From: Candidatus Eiseniibacteriota bacterium
Lineage (GTDB): Bacteria > Eisenbacteria > RBG-16-71-46
Direction: 5' to 3'
Assembly: GCA_031366795.1 (NCBI GenBank)
Contig: JANLOX010000353.1
Coordinates: 1-12,708, forward strand
Length of the DNA stretch: 12,708 nt
A model generated the notes under the pieces. It had not been told where the DNA came from, made no database searches, and saw only the letters and a list, made by a program, of their open reading frames with translations. Positions 6,953-12,708 of the stretch are shown piece after piece; the stretch's first letter is position 1; each line of letters opens with the position of its first letter. The position numbers were made by a program, and so were the translations under genes.

Positions 6953-7180
6953 TTACGCCGCGTACACGATCTGGGCGTCCCGCCGTCTCGTCACGCGCTG
7001 CTGGATACCCGCCACGTCCAGCCGCGTATCTTGCTTCTGGGTCTTGAACACATCCGAGACCGCGACGGTGAGCGAAACGCGATCCCGCAGCAGGTTCTGC
7101 CGCATGCCAACATTCAGCACGAAACTCGGCCGCGCGTCGCCCTGCGGGCTCAGCCGGGCTGACCGGTAGCTCGAGCTCAG
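6953..7180 (-). pseudogene. C-terminal fragment of a TonB-dependent receptor / outer-membrane beta-barrel
   Basis: YRSARLSPQG..PSFVLNVGMRQNLLRDRVSLTVAVSDVFKT...RRRDAQIVY resembles the last strands of such receptors. It has no N-terminal barrel or plug and stops before a terminal aromatic strand. Confidence 0.65.
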
Positions 7181-7436
7181 CAGCACAAACCCACTCAACA
7201 ACCTTGCTGGACTCAGCATCTCAATTCCCCAAGGGTCCGGTCATTAGCGAACGACGTTTCGCGGAACGCACGCGGAGACGCATCGTACGTGTTGCCACGG
7301 TGCTTGAGCGCGGTGTCGAGGGCAACCATTCGCATTTCCGTTTTGAGGCCGTTAAGCGGTCCGGGAGCGGAAGAACGCTCTCACAAACCGCGATGGGCCG
7401 CGATTTCCTGCTCCGACCCTAATCTTGGCGCCCCGG

Positions 7437-7479
7437 GCGGCAGGGGTTCACAATTGTCCGCAGTTCGAACCGCTGCCGC
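7437..7479. repeat. 13-bp inverted repeat (1 mismatch) with 17-nt spacer
   Basis: GCGGCAGGGGTTC (7437-7449) pairs with GAACCGCTGCCGC (7467-7479). Confidence 0.5.
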
Positions 7480-7485
7480 GCCCCA

Positions 7486-7810
7486 TTCGGCGGTGAGACT
7501 ACCGGTGGGTCCGCGCAGGGCGACTTCTGGTCGTTCGATCTGTCGGGCGACACTCCCGCATGGTCACGGGTCATCGACAGCGGCGCTCCGGAAGCGCGCA
7601 CCTGGCATACCGCGGTGTTCGACGCTCAGCGCGCGCATGCTGCTAGTCGCAGGCGACGAGGGGAACGCGTATCCGCCTACCACGGTCTACTCGATGGGGC
7701 TGGGGGGACCGCATGGCAGACGCTCGCCAGCAATCGGTCAGGAACTTGCGCTGCGCGTCGGACCCCAGCCTTCGCATGGCGTCACGGATATCTCGTTCGA
7801 GTTACCGTCC
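7486..7810 (+). pseudogene. Frameshifted remnant of a kelch-repeat protein ending in the start of a FlgD-Ig/T9SS-CTD-like domain
   Basis: Frame 1 reads FGGETTGGSAQGDFWSFDLSGDTPAWSRVIDSGAPEARTWHTAVFDAQR. It shifts at (GC)4 7629-7636 to frame 2 RMLLVAGD..., and later LALRVGPQPSHGVTDISFELPS. No start codon or N-terminal part. Confidence 0.7.
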
Positions 7811-7885
7811 TCGGAATCTCGCAAACGGGTACTGGCGCGCTGGGAACCCAAGGAAAACGCATCGGCTTCGTGCTAACTTGAACGA

Positions 7886-9136
7886 ATGACTTCCCACAGG
7901 CTGGATGCCAAACGCACGATCGCTGAACTCGAGGAACTCCGCCAACTCACCGGCGATGAGCATGGCGCGCAGCGCGTCGCCTTCACGGACACCTGGCTCA
8001 AGACACGCGCGTGGCTCAAGGCGAAGCTCGCCGAGCTTCCCGTGGAGACACACGTCGATGCCGCGGGAAATCTGTGGAGCACGCTCAAGGGCGAGTCCGC
8101 GCGCTGCCTGCTCATCGGTGGGCACATGGACTCGGTGCCCAATGGCGGCTGGCTCGACGGCTGCCTCAACGTGCTTGCGGGAGTCGAGATCCTGCGGCGC
8201 ATCGCCACCGAGTACAACGGCAAGCCTCCCATCACCGTGCGGCTCGTTGACTGGGCCGACGAGGAAGGAGCGCGCTTCGGCAAGAGCCTGTTCGGCTCAT
8301 CGGCCTGCTCGGGTAACCTTGATCTTGACGAAGCGCGCGTCCTCAAGGATCGCGACGGCGTGACACTTCCCGAAGCACTCGCGCGCATCGGCATCGACTT
8401 CGAACGCGTGAAGGACAGCGGCAAGGAGTTGGAGAATGCGGCGGCCTATCTCGAGCTGCACATCGAGCAGGGTCCCGTGTTGCTCGACCTGGGGCTGCCG
8501 TTGGGCGTCGTGCTCGGCACCTATGGAGTCGAGCGCCACGCCATCAACTTCCACGGGCAGGCCGCGCACTCCGGCAGCACGCCGATGAACCGCCGCCGCG
8601 ACGCGTTCCTCGCCGCGGCGAAGATGAGTCCCGAGGTCTACCGCATCACCGATCGCAACGGCGGCGTCTGCACGATCGGCTCATGCACCACCAAGCCGGG
8701 CATCGTCACCAGCGTGGTCGAGGATTGCCGCATCACGCTGGACCAGCGCCATCTCGATGGTCCGGCGCTGTCGGCGATGCTGGCCGAGGCGCAGGACGCC
8801 AGCAAGCGCTTTGCCGCCGAAGGCAAAGTCGAGGTTGCGTGGGAACGGTTGTGGCATATCGATCCCATGCCGTTCGATCCTGCCCTGATCGAGTTGTGCG
8901 AGCAAGCGGTGTTCGAGACCTGCGGCAGCTCGCACCGTCTACCCTCGGGACCGCTACACGACGCGGCCGAAGTGGCGCGGGCGGGAGTGCCGACCGTGAT
9001 GATGTTCGTCCAGAGCCTCGGCGGCATCAGCCACAACAAGATCGAGGACACGAAGCACGAACATCTCGAATTGTGCGTGGCGGCGTTCGACCGGCTGGCC
9101 GAGAAGACGCTGCGAAGGATCGTTGGCGGCGCCTAG
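7886..9136 (+). CDS. M20-family Zn-dependent amidohydrolase (N-carbamoyl-L-amino-acid hydrolase / allantoate amidohydrolase type)
   Basis: DAAGN, GGHMDSVPNGGWLDG, DEEGARF, ELHIEQGPVL, GQAAHSGSTPM..RRDA, GPLHDA, GISHN. Confidence 0.92.
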   Translation: MTSHRLDAKRTIAELEELRQLTGDEHGAQRVAFTDTWLKTRAWLKAKLAELPVETHVDAAGNLWSTLKGESARCLLIGGHMDSVPNGGWLDGCLNVLAGVEILRRIATEYNGKPPITVRLVDWADEEGARFGKSLFGSSACSGNLDLDEARVLKDRDGVTLPEALARIGIDFERVKDSGKELENAAAYLELHIEQGPVLLDLGLPLGVVLGTYGVERHAINFHGQAAHSGSTPMNRRRDAFLAAAKMSPEVYRITDRNGGVCTIGSCTTKPGIVTSVVEDCRITLDQRHLDGPALSAMLAEAQDASKRFAAEGKVEVAWERLWHIDPMPFDPALIELCEQAVFETCGSSHRLPSGPLHDAAEVARAGVPTVMMFVQSLGGISHNKIEDTKHEHLELCVAAFDRLAEKTLRRIVGGA

Positions 9137-9158
9137 GGCGAGCCGTTCCGGCGGCAGG

Positions 9159-9185
9159 GCAGCGCGCGAGACTCCCGCGCGCTGC
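9159..9185. terminator. GC-rich hairpin between convergent genes (possible terminator or stabiliser)
   Basis: Perfect 10-bp stem GCAGCGCGCG/CGCGCGCTGC with 7-nt loop. No U-tract on either strand. Confidence 0.4.
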
Positions 9186-9242
9186 TGCACACGCACTGCG
9201 ATCTGCTCGACCGCGTGCTCACGCGATGGGATGCCGCCCACC

Positions 9243-10244
9243 TCAAGTCACCGCCGGCCCGCCCCACTCGATCCACACTCCACCACCCTCTGCGCGCGCG
9301 CGGGTGTAGATCTCATGCGCGGAGGCAAGGTCCTCGATGGCGACGCCGAGTGAGTCGAACACAGTGATGTCATCGTCCGCAACGCGCCCGGGGCATTTGC
9401 CGGAGAACACATCGCCGACTTCACCCATTAGGTGCGCAGGCTGGATCGCCCCTTCATTGCAGGGAATGAGGTAATCGCCCGACTCGTTCATGCACGACTC
9501 ACGGCAATCGGTGTAGAGCCGCGAGCGCTTCACCAGATCGGTGTCGAGTTCCCGCCACGCGGCGAAACAGGCGCCGACGGCGTTCACGTGCGCGCCGGGA
9601 GAGACCCAGGCGCCCTGGACGACCGGCTCCTTCGCGGACGTCGTGGTGCAGATGAGATCCGCGCCGCGCAGGGCGGCTTCGCAGCTGACGGCTGCTTCGA
9701 CCTTCAGTCCGGTCCGCGCAGATTCATCGCGGGCAAACGCCTCGGCGTTCTCGCGCGAGCGGCTCCACACGCGCACCCGCCGCAGCGTTCGCACGCAGCG
9801 CATCGCGTCGAAATGCGTGCGCGCCTGCGTGCCTGAACCAATCAGCGCGAGATCGCCGGCATCGCCGCGCGCCAGCGCATCCGTCGCAGCACCCGATGCG
9901 GCGGCCGTGCGGATCGCGGTGATCGCCGAGGCGTCGCAGATCGCGAGTGGCTCGCCGCGCTCGACACCGAACAGCATGACGACACCCTGGTGGGAGTCGT
10001 AGGGGGTGCCGTGATTGCCCGGCATTACGCTGACGACCTTGAAACCGAAGCTCCGCGGCTCGCCCAAGTAGCCTGGCATCATCCCCAGCAGTCCCGAGCG
10101 GTCGGGGAGCCACACCATGCTGCGTAGCGGCAGCACCGCGTCGCCACGGGACAGCGCCATCAGGGCGGTGCGCATCAGCGCCACGCAACGGTCCATCGGC
10201 AGCATCGCCTGCACGCCGGCTTCATTCACGAACAACACCTTCAT
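9243..10244 (-). CDS. Ornithine cyclodeaminase / mu-crystallin family protein
   Basis: MMPG, FKVVSV.PGN, ITAIRTAAAS, Rossmann IGSGTQA, HVNAVGA, FDSLGVAIEDL. SD GAGGAG upstream on the minus strand. Confidence 0.93.
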   Translation of the reverse strand: MKVLFVNEAGVQAMLPMDRCVALMRTALMALSRGDAVLPLRSMVWLPDRSGLLGMMPGYLGEPRSFGFKVVSVMPGNHGTPYDSHQGVVMLFGVERGEPLAICDASAITAIRTAAASGAATDALARGDAGDLALIGSGTQARTHFDAMRCVRTLRRVRVWSRSRENAEAFARDESARTGLKVEAAVSCEAALRGADLICTTTSAKEPVVQGAWVSPGAHVNAVGACFAAWRELDTDLVKRSRLYTDCRESCMNESGDYLIPCNEGAIQPAHLMGEVGDVFSGKCPGRVADDDITVFDSLGVAIEDLASAHEIYTRARAEGGGVWIEWGGPAVT

Positions 10245-10311
10245 GCGGGATCTCCTCGAGCGCCTGCGGTGTGACTTTGTTCCGCGAATTGCGTTCGCCT
10301 AGGATGCCACC

Positions 10312-11958
10312 ATGACCGTCGATCCGCGAGCGGGAAAGCCCGCCGACCCCACCCTGCTCACGAACATCCCGCGGCTGCTGACCGCGTACTACTCGCTGCA
10401 GCCCGATCCACAATTGCCCGAGCAACGCGTGTCGTTCGGCACCTCGGGTCATCGTGGCACTTCGACCGCAAGCGCCTTCAACGAAGCGCACATCGTCGCC
10501 ATCACGCATGCCATCTGCCTGTACCGGCGCCAGCACGGCATCGAGGGACCATTGTTCCTGGGGCGTGACACCCATGCGCTGTCGGAGCCGGCGGCCGCGA
10601 GCGCGCTCGAGGTGTTGGCTGCGCATGGCGTGAACGTGATGATCGACGCGCAGGACGGCTACACGCCCACCCCGGCGATCTCGCACGCCATTCTCTGCCA
10701 CAACCGCGGCCGCACCGCGGGGCTCGCCGACGGCATCGTGATCACGCCCTCACACAACCCGCCCGAGGACGGCGGGTTCAAGTACAACCCGCCCAACGGC
10801 GGCCCGGCGGATACCGAGGTCACGCGTTGGATTCAAGATCGGGCCAATGCCATTCTCGCCACGGCACTTAGCGAGGTGCCACGCATCCCGCTCACGCGCG
10901 CCCTCTCGGCGGCCACGACGCACCGCCACGACTACGTGAACACCTATGTCGCCGACCTCGCGAATGTCGTCAACATGAACGCGATCCGCGACTCGAAGCT
11001 CACGCTCGGCGTCGACCCCCTGGGCGGCGCGGGCGTGCGCTACTGGGGTGCCTTGAGTGAGCGCTACCAGCTGCCGCTCACCGTGGTCAGCGAGGAAGTC
11101 GACCCGACGTTCCGCTTTATGAGCGTGGACGGGGACGGGAAGATCCGCATGGATCCATCCTCGCCCTATGCGATGCAACGATTGCTGGCGCTGCGGGACC
11201 GCTTCGATGTGGCATGGGCCTGCGACCCCGATCACGACCGCCACGGCATCGTCGCGCGCAGCTGCGGCCTGCTCAATCCGAACCACTTCCTGTCCGTATC
11301 GATCGCCTACTTGATGGCACACCGGCCGGCGTGGCCGCGCACCGCGGGCGTCGGTAAGACGGTGGTCTCGAGCAGCATGATCGACCGCGCGGCCTCCACC
11401 GTTCAGCGCTCGGTCATGGAAGTGCCGGTCGGCTTCAAGTGGTTCGTCGATGGACTGGAGTCAGGCTCGCTGGGATTCGCGGGAGAGGAGAGCGCGGGGG
11501 CGTCGTTCCTGCGCCACGACGGCAGCGCGTGGAGCACCGACAAGGACGGCATCATCATGGGACTGTTGGCCGCCGAGATGACGGCGGTAATGGGCCGCGA
11601 TCCGGGCGAGCTGTATGCGGAGCTGACGCGCGCGTTCGGCGAGTTCAGCTACGCGCGCATCGACGCGCCGGCGAGCCCGGAGCAGAAGACCGTGCTGGCG
11701 AAGCTGTCCGGCGCGCAGGTGACCGCGACCGAACTGGCCGGCGACGCGATTACCCAACGGCTGACACACGCGCGGGGAAACGGCGCACCCATCGGCGGAC
11801 TCAAAGTGATGACGGAGCGCGGCTGGTTCGCCGCGCGGCCCTCAGGCACCGAGAACGTCTACAAGCTCTACGCCGAGAGCTTTGCCAGCGCCGACCACCT
11901 GCGCCTCATCCAGGACGAGGCACAGGTGATCATTCGCAAGGCGTTGGACGCGCAGTAG
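10312..11958 (+). CDS. pgm: Phosphoglucomutase (alpha-D-glucose-1,6-bisphosphate dependent)
   Basis: FGTSGHRG, phospho-Ser loop [16 protein letters not shown], metal loop [28 protein letters not shown]. Confidence 0.97.
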   Translation: MTVDPRAGKPADPTLLTNIPRLLTAYYSLQPDPQLPEQRVSFGTSGHRGTSTASAFNEAHIVAITHAICLYRRQHGIEGPLFLGRDTHALSEPAAASALEVLAAHGVNVMIDAQDGYTPTPAISHAILCHNRGRTAGLADGIVITPSHNPPEDGGFKYNPPNGGPADTEVTRWIQDRANAILATALSEVPRIPLTRALSAATTHRHDYVNTYVADLANVVNMNAIRDSKLTLGVDPLGGAGVRYWGALSERYQLPLTVVSEEVDPTFRFMSVDGDGKIRMDPSSPYAMQRLLALRDRFDVAWACDPDHDRHGIVARSCGLLNPNHFLSVSIAYLMAHRPAWPRTAGVGKTVVSSSMIDRAASTVQRSVMEVPVGFKWFVDGLESGSLGFAGEESAGASFLRHDGSAWSTDKDGIIMGLLAAEMTAVMGRDPGELYAELTRAFGEFSYARIDAPASPEQKTVLAKLSGAQVTATELAGDAITQRLTHARGNGAPIGGLKVMTERGWFAARPSGTENVYKLYAESFASADHLRLIQDEAQVIIRKALDAQ

Positions 11959-11972
11959 TGCAGCAGCGTAGC

Positions 11973-12005
11973 CGTTTGCGAGTCGTGGAATTTCCGGCGC
12001 AAACG
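11973..12005. terminator. Imperfect hairpin between convergent pgm and cytochrome c genes
   Basis: CGTTTGCG (11973-11980) pairs with CGCAAACG (11998-12005). No clear U-tract. Confidence 0.3.
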
Positions 12006-12017
12006 TCCGGGTGATCG

Positions 12018-12392
12018 TTATTTCTTGCTGAACGTGCGGATGTAGGCGATCAGATCCTCCGCTTGGACTGGCTTGAGCTGGCCCGACTTCACCCAGGCCA
12101 CCATGCCCGACTTTGGCTTTCCGTTGGTGATGCAATCACGCAGCGCGCTGTCACTGTGCGCGGGCGTACTCATGATCTTAGAATTGCGCCAGTCGGGAGT
12201 GGGGTTGCCCGTGAGCTTGAAGCCACCGCTGCCGTCTGGCTTGTGGCAGATGACACACTTGGCGGTATAGATCTTTTTCCCGTCCGCTGCGTCCGTCTTG
12301 CGCGTTGCCGCCACTGCAAGCAAGCCCAGCATGCCGCAGAAGGCGGCGACGGAGATCACGAGGGTAGCGACTTGCTTCAGCGTGCGGTTCAT
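12018..12392 (-). CDS. Exported monoheme class I cytochrome c (124 aa)
   Basis: Signal-like N-terminus, then ADGKKIYTAKCVICH (CxxCH), axial Met in KSGMVAW, C-terminal LIAYIRTF helix. ATG 12392 is preferred because the 12440 start overlaps the upstream gene's 3' end. Confidence 0.9.
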   Translation of the reverse strand: MNRTLKQVATLVISVAAFCGMLGLLAVAATRKTDAADGKKIYTAKCVICHKPDGSGGFKLTGNPTPDWRNSKIMSTPAHSDSALRDCITNGKPKSGMVAWVKSGQLKPVQAEDLIAYIRTFSKK

Positions 12393-12424
12393 GGGGTGTC
12401 TTTCAGGTTCGGGTGCACAGGGGC

Positions 12425-12706
12425 CTAGTACCCTACCCATACGAACCCGCGCAGGTCATCCGTCACCGGGCCCCGGACGTTGTCGGATCCGTGCGCCCAG
12501 TCGAGACCAAAGCGAGCGTTGGGATTGACATAGTAGGCCAGGTTCATCACGCCCTGGTTGCGGTCCAACGCACCGGTCGCACCGTTGACCTTGGGTACAT
12601 ACTGGTGCTCGAGCCGAGCGGTGAGGACCCACCGCGAACTCTTGTCGAGCAGGCACGTCGCCTCGAGCAGCCCGGTGTGCAGTCGATCGGCGGTGCCATC
12701 GGGCTG
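12425..12706 (-). CDS. C-terminal 93 aa of a probable outer-membrane beta-barrel/porin (5' end outside window; not in the ORF track)
   Basis: Open minus frame from the window edge: QPDGTADRLHTGLLEATCLLDKSSRWVLTARLEHQYVPKVNGATGALDRNQGVMNLAYYVNPNARFGLDWAHGSDNVRGPVTDDLRGFVWVGY*. Alternating amphipathic strands and a terminal aromatic residue. Confidence 0.72.
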   Translation of the reverse strand, partial: QPDGTADRLHTGLLEATCLLDKSSRWVLTARLEHQYVPKVNGATGALDRNQGVMNLAYYVNPNARFGLDWAHGSDNVRGPVTDDLRGFVWVGY

Positions 12707-12708
12707 GT

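Noticed and set aside
7456..7485. tRNA 3'-end-like string (GCAGTTCGAACCGCTGCCGCGCCCCA) as another att site
   Set aside because: The T-stem does not pair canonically, it does not match the tRNA-Arg, and the inverted repeat explains it.
7289..7881. ORFs 7289-7876 and 7615-7881 as genuine genes
   Set aside because: Each holds only part of the frameshifted kelch remnant.
9134..9242. TAG readthrough extension of the hydrolase
   Set aside because: The frame stays open past the stop, but the M20 domain is already complete and nothing supports recoding.
1..12708. CRISPR array, IS element or rRNA
   Set aside because: No regularly spaced repeats, transposase motifs or rRNA signatures seen.

Overview
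GC-rich bacterial window. The left part is an integration hotspot. The 3' end of a tyrosine recombinase (1-405) stops 54 bp before an intact tRNA-Arg(CCT) (460-536). A degenerate copy of the tRNA 3' half at 3117-3176 closes a ~2.6 kb lower-GC islet carrying only a double-domain kaiC and a stand-alone cheB methylesterase, with no kaiB, cheR or integrase. Paired arm-type-like repeats flank the tRNA on both sides. The rest looks chromosomal: a non-RD Ser/Thr kinase with TolB-like and TPR regions, a sigma54-type DUF6496 + YihY pair, two gene remnants (TonB-dependent receptor end; kelch/FlgD-Ig-like protein), an M20 carbamoylase-type hydrolase, an ornithine cyclodeaminase-family gene, pgm, a monoheme cytochrome c, and the unannotated 3' end of an outer-membrane beta-barrel. 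All family calls come from reading motifs; no searches were run.
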